A stretch of DNA of 64,000 bases, from NCBI RefSeq assembly GCF_004010195.1, contig NC_057720.1:32474378-32538377 (forward strand). The letters are read 5' to 3'. The translations under genes were made by a program, and so were the position numbers. This stretch comes from Chiloscyllium plagiosum. Its lineage: Eukaryota. Under the pieces are notes generated by a model. That model was not told the origin of the DNA and searched no databases. It was given only the letters and a program-made list of their open reading frames with translations. Positions 26,552 to 38,150 of the stretch are shown here, one piece after another. Position 1 is the stretch's first letter. Each line of letters begins with the position of its first letter.

Positions 26552-28668
26552 CTAATTGTGTCTGATTAATCGGTAATTTTAGTCTAATACTAGACAAAAC
26601 TAGTCAAAGCAATACTAGAAGAAATAGGAACAAAAGACAGTTTCCTGCTTAGTTTAAAATAAAACTAAAGATCCTGTACAAAGTCAATAAATGGTGTAGT
26701 AACAGTTTCATGGTTGGTGAGTTGACAAACCAGTCACCATATATTTATGCGACTTGTACTGTTCAAAACTGTCAAGAAATAACATTAATGATCCTGTTCA
26801 TCATTACTTATTGGCCTACATAGGCTCCCTGTTAACCAACATTTTTAAATTTTGATTTTTTTAAATTCCACCCTTTTGAATTGCCATGATTATACTTACT
26901 TACATTAAATTAACTACAGTAAATTGAAAACACTGCACAATTGCAAGCTTTAATTACAGAATTTGACAAAGAACAGTATTCAATTATGTTTCTTTTCTGC
27001 ATTCCTAGCAGCATTTACGTTGCTGAGGTATAATTCCATGGTTATGGACATTCCATATTCTGATACGTTATTCAAGTGGTCATGCTACATGTGTGAGCCT
27101 TGATAATGATTATTATTAGTGAAATAATAAACAATGGAGGCATCACAGATGAACACTGTAATTTGTTCTGATTACTAACCCAGCAATTGTATTGCCCCAA
27201 TTACTGCTTTACCACAGCTCCATTAGTCCAGGAGAACAGCAGTATGAACTTAATACCTTCTGGTTTCTATTGATCGATTGATTGATTTGATTCATTCCTA
27301 AGTACAGTGAAAAACTTTGTTTGCAAGCAGTAGAGGCAGATCATATTAAGCAAGGATGTACAACATAGGTAGGAAGAGAGATGGGGATTTAAGGCAGAAA
27401 TTCAGGGAGCTAGGAGGGAAGCTTAGAGCCAGGACGAACAGAGTTGTTGTCTCTGGTTTGTTGCCCGTGCCACGTGCTAGTGAGGCGAGGAATGGGGAGA
27501 GAGAGGAGTTGAACACATGGCTACAGGGATGGTGCAGGAGGGAGGGTTTTGGATTCTTGGATATTTGGGGCTCTTTCTGGGGTAGGTGGGAACTCTACAA
27601 GCAGGATGGTCTTCATCTGAACCAGAGGGGTACCAATATCCTGGGGGTGAAATTCGCTAAGCTATTGGGGTGGGTTTAAACTAATCCAGCAGGGGGATGG
27701 GAACCTAAATTGTAGTTCGAGTATAGAAAAGGTTGAGAGTAGGGAGGCCAGGATTTAGATGTTTCAGTAAGAACAGAGAAGATGGTAAAATGGGAGGGGG
27801 GGGCATTGTTGGTCAAGGACAATATTACAGTTGCAGAAAGGATGTTTGGGGACTCGTCAACTGAGGTACTATGGGTTGAGGTTAGAAACAGGACAGGAGA
27901 TGTCACCCTGTTGGGAGTTTTCTTTAGGCCTCTGAATAGTTCCAGAGATGTAGAGGAAAGGACAGCAAAAATGATTCGCGATAGGAGTGAGAGAGACAGG
28001 ATAGTTGTCACAGGGGACTTCAACTTTCCAAATATTGACTGGGAACACTATAGTGCGAGTACTATAGATGGGTCAGTTTTTGTCCAGTGTGTGCAGGAGG
28101 GCTTCCTGACACAGTATGTAGACAGGCCAACAAGGGGCGAAGCCACATTAGATTTGGTACTGGGTAATGAGCCTGACCAGGTGTAAGACTTGGAAGTAGG
28201 TGAGCACTTTGGTGATAGCGATCACAATTCTGTTATGTTTACTTTAGTGATAGAAAGGAATAGGTGTATACCATTGGGCAAGAGTTACAGCTGGGGAAAG
28301 GCAATTACGATGCGATTAGGCAAGATTTAGGAAGCATAGGATGGGGAAGGAAACTGCAGGGGATGGGCACATTAGAAATGTGGAGCTTATTCAATGAAAA
28401 TCTCCTGTGTGTCCTAGATAAGTATGTACCTGTCAGGCAGGGAGGAAGCTGTAGAGTGCGGGAGCCGTGGTTTACGAAGGAAGTGGAATCTCTGGTCAAG
28501 AGGAAGAAGAAGGCTTATGTTAGGATGAGATATGAAGGCTCAGTTAGGACGCTTGAGGGTTGCAAGGTAGCCAGGAAAGACCTAAGGAGAGAGCTCAGAA
28601 GAGCCAGGAGGAGACATGAGAAGTTGTTGGCAGATAGGATCAGGGTAAACCCTAAGGCTTTCCATAGG

Positions 28669-28783
28669 TGATTAGATTAGATTAGAGTAGATTACATTAC
28701 AGTGTGGAAACAGGCCCTTCGGCCCAACAAGTCCACACCGACCCGCCGAAGCGCGACCCACCCATACCCCTACATTTACCCCT
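28669..28783 (-). mobile_element. HE1-like V-SINE tail inserted into CR1, remainder lost in a gap
   Basis: (attag)n tail followed by cagtgtggaaacaggcccttcggccc. Closely similar to the 9151 copy and interrupts CR1 ORF2. Confidence 0.85.
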
Positions 28784-29498
28784 NNNNNNNNNNNNNNNNN
28801 NNNNNNNNNNNNNNNNNNNNNNNNNNNNNNNNNNNNNNNNNNNNNNNNNNNNNNNNNNNNNNNNNNNNNNNNNNNNNNNNNNNNNNNNNNNNNNNNNNNN
28901 NNNNNNNNNNNNNNNNNNNNNNNNNNNNNNNNNNNNNNNNNNNNNNNNNNNNNNNNNNNNNNNNNNNNNNNNNNNNNNNNNNNNNNNNNNNNNNNNNNNN
29001 NNNNNNNNNNNNNNNNNNNNNNNNNNNNNNNNNNNNNNNNNNNNNNNNNNNNNNNNNNNNNNNNNNNNNNNNNNNNNNNNNNNNNNNNNNNNNNNNNNNN
29101 NNNNNNNNNNNNNNNNNNNNNNNNNNNNNNNNNNNNNNNNNNNNNNNNNNNNNNNNNNNNNNNNNNNNNNNNNNNNNNNNNNNNNNNNNNNNNNNNNNNN
29201 NNNNNNNNNNNNNNNNNNNNNNNNNNNNNNNNNNNNNNNNNNNNNNNNNNNNNNNNNNNNNNNNNNNNNNNNNNNNNNNNNNNNNNNNNNNNNNNNNNNN
29301 NNNNNNNNNNNNNNNNNNNNNNNNNNNNNNNNNNNNNNNNNNNNNNNNNNNNNNNNNNNNNNNNNNNNNNNNNNNNNNNNNNNNNNNNNNNNNNNNNNNN
29401 NNNNNNNNNNNNNNNNNNNNNNNNNNNNNNNNNNNNNNNNNNNNNNNNNNNNNNNNNNNNNNNNNNNNNNNNNNNNNNNNNNNNNNNNNNNNNNNNNN
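28784..29498. other. Assembly gap (N run)
   Basis: Continuous Ns. Confidence 1.
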
Positions 29499-30210
29499 TT
29501 CCCCACAGTAGGCTATTGTACAAAATGCGGAAGAATGGGATTGTGGGAGATATAGCAGTTTGGATCAGTCATTGGCTTGCTGAAAGAAGACAGATGGTAG
29601 TCGTTAATGGGAAATGTTCATCCTGGAGTCCAGTTACCAGTGGTGTACCGCAAGGGTCAGTGTTGGGTCCACTGCTGTTCGTCATGTTTATAAACAACCT
29701 GGATGAGGGCGTAGAAGGGTGGGTTAGTAAATTTGCAGACGACACTAAGGTTGGTGGAGTTGTGGATGGTGACGAAGGATGTTGTAGGTTACAGAGAGAA
29801 TAGATAAGCTACAGAGCTGGGCTGAGAGATGGCAAATGGAGTTTAATGCGGACAAGTGTGAGGTGATTCACTTTGGTCGGAGTAACTGGAATGCAAAGTG
29901 CTAGGCTAATGGTAAGATTCTTGATAGTGTAGAGATTTCGGTGTCCAGGTACACAGATCCTTGAAAGTTGCCACCGAGGGTTGTTAAGAAGGCATTCGGT
30001 GTTTTAGCTTTTATTAATAGAGTATTCGATTTCCGGAATCATGAGGTTATGCTACAGCTGTACAAAACTCTGGTGTGGCCGCATTTGGAGTATTGTGTAC
30101 AGTTCTGGTCACCGCATTATGAGAAGGATGTCGAAGCTTTGGAAAGGGTGCAGATGACATTTACTAGGATGTTGCCTGGCATGGAGGGAAGGTCTTGTGA
30201 GGAAAGGCTG

Positions 30211-31704
30211 AGGGGAGAGATACTAAATGAATATTTTGCATCAGTATTTACTGTGGAAAAGGATATGGAAGTTATAGAATGTAGGGAAATAGATGGTGAC
30301 ATCTTGCAAAATGTCCAGATTACAGAGGAGGAAGTGCTGGATGTCTTGGAACGGTTAAAAGCGGATAAATCTCCAGGACCTGATCAGATTTACCTGAGAA
30401 CTCTGTGGGAAGCTAGAGAAGTGATTGCTAGGCCTCTTGCTGAGATATTTGTATCGTCAATAGTCACAGGTGGGGTGCCGGAAGACTGGAGGTTGGCAAA
30501 CATGGTGCCACTGTTTAAGAAGGGCGGTAAAGACAAGCCAGGGAACTATAGACCGGTGAGCTTGACCTCGGTGGTGGGCAAGTTGTTGGAGGGAATCCTG
30601 AGGGACAGGATGTACATGTATTTGGAAAGACAAGGACTGATTAGGGATAGTCAACATGGCTTTGTGCGTGGGAAATCATGCCTCACAAACTTGATTGAGT
30701 TTTTTGAAGAAGGAGCAAAGAGGATTGATGAGGGCAGAGCAGTTGATGTGATCTATATCAGTAAGGCGTTCGACAAGGGTTCCCCATGGGAAACTGGTTA
30801 GCATGGTTTCATCTCACGGAATACAGGGAGATCTAGCAAGTTGGATACAGAACTGGCTCAAAGGTAGAAGACAGAGCGTGGTGGTGGAGGGTTGTTTTTC
30901 AGACTGGAAGCTTGTGACCATTGGAGTGCCACAAGGATCGGTGCTGGGTCCACCACATTTCGTCATTTATATAAATGATTTTGATGCAAGCACAAGAGGT
31001 ACAGTTAGTAAGTTTGCAGATGACACCAAAATGTTTGCAGGTGTAGTGGACAGCGAAGAGGATTACCTCATATTATAACAGGATCTTGATCAGATGGGCC
31101 AATGGAGTGAGAAGTGGCAGATTAAGTTTAATTCAGATAAATGTGAGGTGCTGCATTTTGGGAAAGCAAATCTTAGCAGGACTTATACACTTAATGGTAA
31201 GATCCTAGAGAGTGTTGCTGAACAGAGAGACCTTGGTGTGCAGATTCATAGCCCCTTGAAAGTGGAGTTGCAGGTAGATAGGATGGTGAAGAAGGCATTT
31301 GGTATGCTTTCCTTTATTGGTCAGAGTATTGAGTACAGGAGTTGGGAGGTCATGTTGCGGCTGTACAGGACATTGGTTAGGCCACTGTTGGAATATTGCG
31401 TGCAATTCTGGTCTCCTTCCTATCGGAAAGATGTTATGAAACTTGAAAGNNNNNNNNNNNNNNNNNNNNNNNNNNNNNNNNNNNNNNNNNNNNNNNNNNN
31501 NNNNNNNNNNNNNNNNNNNNNNNNNNNNNNNNNNNNNNNNNNNNNNNNNNNNNNNNNNNNNNNNNNNNNNNNNNNNNNNNNNNNNNNNNNNNNNNNNNNN
31601 NNNNNNNNNNNNNNNNNNNNNNNNNNNAGTTGGGATATCTGGTCGGCATGGACGGGTTGGCTGAAGGGTCTTTTCCATGCTGTACATCTCTATGACTCTA
31701 TGAC
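30211..31704 (+). mobile_element. Second CR1 copy nested in the composite CR1
   Basis: The reading jumps from ...EERLR to GEILNEYFASVFT at about 30211, runs through RT and a 3' tail (tatgactctatgac), then the host continues at ttgaggctgttttcg. Confidence 0.92.
31450..31627. other. Assembly gap (N run)
   Basis: Continuous Ns inside the nested CR1. Confidence 1.
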
Positions 31705-34409
31705 TTGAGGCTGTTTTCGTTAGAAAGAAGAAGGTTGAGAGGTGACTTAATAGAGACATATAAGATAATCAGAGGGTTAAATAAGGTGGACAGAGAGAGC
31801 GTTTTTCCAAGTATGGTGATGGTGAGCATGAGAGGGCATGGCTTTAAATTGAGGGGTGATAGATATAGGACAGGTGTCAGAGGTAGTTCCTTTACTCAGA
31901 GAGTAGTAAGGGTATGGAATGCTTTGCCTGCAATGGTAGTAGATTCGCCAACTTTAAGTACATTTAAGTCGTCATTGGACAAACATATGGATGTACATGG
32001 AATAGTGTAGGTTAGATGGGCTTCAGATTGGTATGACAGGTTGGCGCAACATCGAGGGCCGAAGGGCCTGTACTGCGCTATAATGTTCTATGTTCTATAG
32101 ATCATAGGGTGCATGGACAGAGCGAAAGGCAAGTATGGATTATTACTGCATAGATGGAGCCTTTACCCATTACACCCTAACAAATAAAGTGATCTTTTAT
32201 TTCATATCATCATGCAAATGAATTCCTACTGTTAGGGGTTGATGTGCATTTGCCTGCTTTGAGGCACACTAGTAGGCAGCATTTCTGGCTTCATCTTTGA
32301 AATGGATGACATGTTCCAAGACTGAGTGATGTTCTGAGATTAATTAGCAGTTTATGATTAAGGGTGAGTCAGATTTAAGAGAATAAATAGCTTTAAGTAA
32401 ATTGCTGAAAGACATCTGTGTGAGCCTGGTGATGTGGAGGATTGATGCATTCATATCTCATCTTACTCTAGAATGTTGACATGGGTCACATCCCTGCAAG
32501 TTCCAAATTAAAATGTCCCTGATTTTTGTTGTGAGAAAGGGACAGAGAGAGAAAGCACAACATTTGAGGAAAAATCTGAGAAAGAGGCAAACCCAGGCCA
32601 AGAATGATTCAACAGCAGCACTGGCAAAGCTGATCAATCCTTTTGTGATTAAAGGGAGTGTGTCTAAAGAGAGAAATAAAGACTTTAAAATTAGAAAAGT
32701 TTAACTTCTATAAAAAATTGAGACTGTGCTTCTTGATATTTTCTCCAACATAACAGAGAACAGTGTGTTTTGTACATAATTAATGAAAATGGGAGTATAG
32801 AGATCTCAGCAGGAATCATTTATGGCGTTTGTTTCAAACTTAATTTGCCATTAGGTTTAGGTACTTCCACCTACCAAAGTTGTGCTTCACTGTTCAAAGA
32901 TTGCTATTAATTTTCTTAAAGTGTAGCCTCTAAGTGATTTTGGGCTAACTGAGTCTGTGGCAGTCTCAAACCTAATGGGCATGGGTCCATAGCGCTAACT
33001 GCCCATAATTTAGCTCTATCTGGCATTAATTGCCAGTGTTACTCAGAGAAGCCACAAGGATGAGTGATGTGGGAAATGGAACTGTCACACTGGCACAGTA
33101 GGAGATGCTCCTTTGAGGCTTTCATTGCACATTATTGAGGGAATTGACCTCCCAGCATTAACCTCCTTCATCTTGATGAGCACAACCATTTGGTGATTCT
33201 GTTTCCTTAAGCCTTCAGCTTTGTAATCATTCCCACATATGCATTATTCTATATTTATTTATGTCTTTTATGTCTCCAGTAATGTTTCATGCCATTCTTG
33301 ATGGAGACAAGATGGGCAAAAGACTTGCTGCACGTGCTTGGTGTATGTCGTTTCTTTGGAACGACATACATTGAAGCAATCATCAAATATTACTAGGCCC
33401 AAATATTTGACAGCTATATTTTAAAATAGCCATAGGGCTCATTTATACTTAGCTTAGAGAATTTAAATATTATTTAGAAAGAAAGCAAGCAGTATTGTTA
33501 AAATAAATATTAGTATGTAAATTCAAGCCTATATAAGTTTAGAAAAATATGACTTGACAATGAACTGCTTTTCAGTTAAGAGTAGTTTGTTAAGTGCTTT
33601 GTTATTAAATGTTGCAAGATTGCTTAAACAAGAGTAAAATATTCCTGTGTAATATACTGAGAAGACAAAAAGTCAGGGGGTCAGATCGGGCACACATGGA
33701 GGTAAGGATCAAGGAAATAGTAACTTAAATTGCAATTTATGAAAGAGGTTACTTGTTGAGGTGCAAGCCACAAAGATGGACAAAAGACTTGCCGCACGTG
33801 CTTGGTGTGGGGCAACTCAAGCTGTTCTATAATATCCTGCATTAACTGCAAGCAGGAAAAACAATATACATTTGAAAAGTGTAGTCAGCACAAGTAGGAA
33901 GAAGAATTTTAATTAATCACAATTTGGCATTTAGTGAAATTACAAAAAATAATTGAAGTGCAAGTATCAGTAAAGTGTGAGCGCATAATCCATAGTCTTT
34001 GAGAAGAATGCATTCACAAAGAGAAACTGAAGACTAATAATTGAACATGTAAGATTAAAGGATATAGTAGTGATGATTATAGTAAAGCAAAGGAGAAGAG
34101 GAAACTCAAAAGTAAAATGAATTCTAGTCACATTAGTTGCACCATGATTACCTGGGCTAAGTTTCCAGGGTCGTGTGTAACTCAAATCACTCAGTAAAAT
34201 GTACTCACTATTAAAGTAGCTGAACACCAACTAGGAAAAAAACAATATGCATAACTGGCACCCCAGTCACCAACTTAAACACTTCCTCACTCTACCACCA
34301 GCACATTAGTAGTAGATGTGTGTATTATATGCAAAATGCACAACTTCAACTTACTAAGACTCTCAGTAACACCTTTCAAATCCGTGGCCTCTACCACTGC
34401 AAGGCAAAA

Positions 34410-34617
34410 GGGAGATTGGTTAGCCTACCTACTTGGACAACTGGTTTATGCAACAGCATGGGTTCAATTCCCACACCAGAAAAGATTACCATGAAGGACT
34501 CTCTTTCTCAACCTCTCCCCTTGCCTAAAATGTGGTCACCATCTGGTTAAACAACCACCAGTTGCCTCGCTCTAATGAGGGAGTAGCCCTAATGGACTGT
34601 AGAGACTTTACCTTTTA
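34410..34617 (+). mobile_element. Short (~200 bp) tRNA-head SINE
   Basis: gggttcaattcc B box and ggttaaacaaccaccagttg core. A second copy lies in reverse at 46343-46545. Confidence 0.65.
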
Positions 34618-34629
34618 CCACAGGAAGAT

Positions 34630-36130
34630 TATATGACATAGGAGCAAAAGCAGGCCAATTGGCTAATTGAGTCTGCTCCACCATTCAGTGAGATAATGGC
34701 TGATCTGATAACCCTCAACTCCACTTTCCTGCCTTATTTCATAGCCATTGATTCTCTTACTGATTTAAAGGCAAGATGGTGACATGGTTCCGTCCAGCGA
34801 TGGTGGTGCAGCTCCAAGCTATGGCTGGGCCTGGATACCTTACAGCGGAGGCAGTGGCATTCCAGGCTGTGGTTGCATGTGGGATCTCTGAATGTTCACA
34901 GACTGAGGGATGGACTTTGTGGCTTTGTTTTTCTGGCAGTGAGGACTGATGTTGGAGGCAGGGGAATAATCTGGATGTTTCCTTTTCTTTTGGCTGTTTA
35001 TTTTATTTCTGCTTCTGTTTTTAATCCTATCTTTAATACACTAAGATGGTGCTGGCGAATGGCGACTTTGTACACTTTTCACTGTACTCCTGTACTCCAG
35101 TACACATGACAATAAAATCTAAGTCTAAAAATTCTAAATCTAAAGATATCTATAAATTAACTACCCTCTGAGGAAAACAATTCCTTCTCATCTCTGTCTA
35201 AAACGAACAGCCCCTCATTCCAGGATGATGCTAATTGGTCCTAGACGCTACAACAAGAGTTGTAATCCACAAACTTGGTGATAGTACATTCACTTCTGTC
35301 AGCCAGTCATTAATGCATATTGTAAGTAATTGTAGCCCCAGAACTGATCCTAAGGGCACTCCACTAATTATAGATCACCATCCTGAAAATGTCCTCACTG
35401 TTCCAACTTTATGTCTTCTATTAGTTAGCCAATCATCTATCCTTGTTAATATACTACACTAACATCATTGGATCTTAACTTATTGAAATAGCTTTATGGC
35501 TATTTTATTGAATGAAGGGAAGTATTTTATTGAATGATTTTTGGAAATCCAAATATATTACTTCTACTAGTTCCCCTTTTTCTATCCTGTTTGTAATAAA
35601 TTAATCAGATATGATTTCCCCTTCATGAAGTCATGCTGACTCTGCAAGATTATATTATTCATTTATAAATACTATAGTATTACATCCTTTTTAATCCTAA
35701 CACTTTCCCAACAGTAGCCCATAGTTACCTGTGTTTTTAATCATTCTCTTTTTGAATAACATTATTATGTTGACAGTTTTCCATTCCTCTGGAATTTTCC
35801 AGAATCTAAGGATTCTTGGAAATTTACTACCAGTGCATCTACTATCACTGTAGGGACTTCCATTAAAATCCTAAGGTGCAACCCATCAGGTCCAGAAGAC
35901 CTGTTGACCCTAGTACTTTTCTCTAGTGATCGTTATCATGTTGAATTCTTTCTCTCCCCTTGATTCATTAATATTTTTGGTATGCTGTAAGTGTCCTGTA
36001 TCATGCAGGTTGATGGAAATTATTTAATCAAATTGCTCCATAATTTCATGGTTCCCCATTACTATTTCCCCAGTCTCATTCTCTAAGGTGCTTATGCTCA
36101 CTTTGGCCTCTTTCCTCCTTTTTGTATAGG
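34630..36130 (-). mobile_element. Old CR1 fragment interrupted by a short retroposon
   Basis: CR1 3' UTR at 34630-34770. Degenerate RT sequence (atgatttcccc...atgctgact; ccatcaggtcca) at 35145-36130. Confidence 0.75.
34771..35140 (+). mobile_element. ~370-bp non-coding retroposon with a cttttcactgtac...tgacaataaa(tctaaa)n tail
   Basis: Inserted within CR1 with a candidate TSD taaag (34766-34770 and 35141-35145). Ends in a poly(A)-like signal and a hexamer tail. Confidence 0.6.
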
Positions 36131-36159
36131 ACGAGGGCAACCGTCACATGAAAGCATAA

Positions 36160-36505
36160 TCACAGAATCCCTACAGTGTGGAAGCAGGCTATTTGGCCCA
36201 TTGAATCCACACTGACTTTCCAAAGACCATCCCACCCAGACCCACCCCAGCCCTGTAACCCTGCATTTCCCATGACTAATCCACCTAGCTTGCACATCCG
36301 TGAACACTTTGGGCAATTTAGCATGGCCAATCCTCCTAACCTACACATCTTTGAACTGTGGGAGGAAACCGGAGCACCCGAAGGAAACCCACACAGACAT
36401 AGGAAGTACGAGCACCTCAAGACAGACAGTTGCATAAGGGTGGAATCAAACTCAGGTCCCTGGTGCTGTGAGGCAGCACTGCTAACCACTGAGCCACTGG
36501 GCCAC
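36160..36505 (-). mobile_element. HE1-like V-SINE, near full length
   Basis: Head, V-domain and agaatccctacagtgtggaa tail in reverse orientation. Confidence 0.9.
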
Positions 36506-37739
36506 ATCACCAGCTACAAGTTCCACTCAAAGCATCGCATTATCCTGTCTGAGAACTAAACTGACCATTCTTCATTGTTTCTGAAACTTCCCTTCTGTGG
36601 GAGTTCCCACACTGGGTGGACTGCATGAAAATAGACCATCACTGCCTTCTGAAGAACAATTACCAATGGACACCAAATGCTGCATTTGCTAGTGATGGCC
36701 CCATCCCATGAAAGAATTTTTAAAAATCTATCTTCCATTCAGCACTATGTCCACTATATTTCATAAATGTCACATTTCTAATGTGTTAATTGAGAAAAAA
36801 AATCAATAAAATCACCATTTTTTAAAAGTATCAAATATTTAATTCATGAAGATTTTCTTTAAATTATTATAAACACAATTTTAATTGACTTCTTCCTCAT
36901 TTTTTAAAAAAATGTTGTCAACTGTCTTGTTTCTTTTTTCTAATCCCATTAGCTACTCCAGTTATTTGGTGTAGGGAATGAACACAGTTTGATTAATAAA
37001 CAGATTGCAAACATATTAAAACATATGGAACTGTTTATTTTTCAGAAAAGCATAATTCAAAATAGATTAGATTTTTAAACCAATTTGGGTGATTGTTAAT
37101 TATAATAAATGAGTCTTGACAAGTTTTCGGTAACTTCTTCCGAAGACAGAATATGCTTCATCAGGAACATGGGGCACCATTCTAACTGAAGGTCCAACCA
37201 TATACCCTACTGGTATTACTGGAAATCACCAGTAATTTATTACAGGTTTTTAAGGAGGTAACGAGCTGTATAGATAAAGAAGGACTAGATTTACCTTTGT
37301 AATAGTGGTCTTTTCTGACAACTTAACAGGTTTTCTCTCCGACCCAGTTTGTCCCTTACCCAACCCTCTCTCGACAGCTGCACCATGTCTCACCACGCTG
37401 CCCACCTGTGCCCCTTTTTCTCACTGTTCTCTGACAACTTCCCATTTGCTTCACCTTTGGTGACCCCTCCCCCAACTCTGCCACTGTCAACCTAACAATC
37501 TCCCCAAAGAAACAATCGTGTGATAGTCCTGATCTCCAGGACTTGTCCTTAGATGTTTTGTCCTGACGACTTCTCCTGTTGGGTCCAACTATCCCCAGTC
37601 ACTCTTACCGTGCTCATCTCACTCCACTGCTGCTGGCTTATAGCAGATAATACCTCAACTTTTATCATCAATCCCGGATTGTTGATGTCTAACTCCTACC
37701 ACTATCAACTACCGTCTAATATCCACAGGGTTAGGAGTG

Positions 37740-38150
37740 GCTGACTGACGCAAAAAGATAACACACATGAATAAATCGACAGCTGTGAAATTGTTCTCAA
37801 CTGCTCCCCCTGCGCCAGTGTTGGAAAGTTCGCCGGAAAATTCCAATTACGCGCGTAACGCCGGCGGAACGGGAGCAGCTCGGTAAAGGAGCTCCAGACG
37901 GTGAAGGCAATGGTTAAGTTCGAGATCGGAAATACCCGAAGAGGGCGCTCCAGGAGCTGATACCGGCTCTTCCAGCTGCACAGACGGGCGCCTGTGCTCA
38001 ATCTGCGTCTCTCAGTTACTATAAAGGTTAATTGGAGAGCATTTGGACCGGGACACTGCGTGTAATTTATATGCATCCATCCCTGTTAAACTTGTAGGTG
38101 GAACACACCTCTTAATATCAAGCAAAGCGAACAAATCCGCGAAAGAAAAA
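37740..38150. promoter_or_regulatory. Small CpG-rich island about 2.2 kb upstream of the PTCH2 ATG
   Basis: Dense CpGs (e.g. ttacgcgcgtaacgccggcggaacgg) in an otherwise CpG-depleted, AT-rich background. No repeat similarity recognised. Confidence 0.55.

Larger units (their letters stand above)
27356..32098 (+). mobile_element. Long composite CR1 LINE (ORF1 esterase C-terminus, APE endonuclease, RT, 3' UTR) carrying nested insertions
   Basis: 27356-27679 is an SGNH-like ORF1 (DGLHLN). 27782-28186 is APE (GDFNFP, LDLVL, then SDHN). 29516-30210 is RT. The element resumes at 31705 (LFSLERRRLRGDLIE) and ends in a tgttctatgttctat tail. Confidence 0.93.

Noticed and set aside
28672..29555. Four ORFs of 269-283 aa
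   Set aside because: They are artefacts of translating through the N gap.
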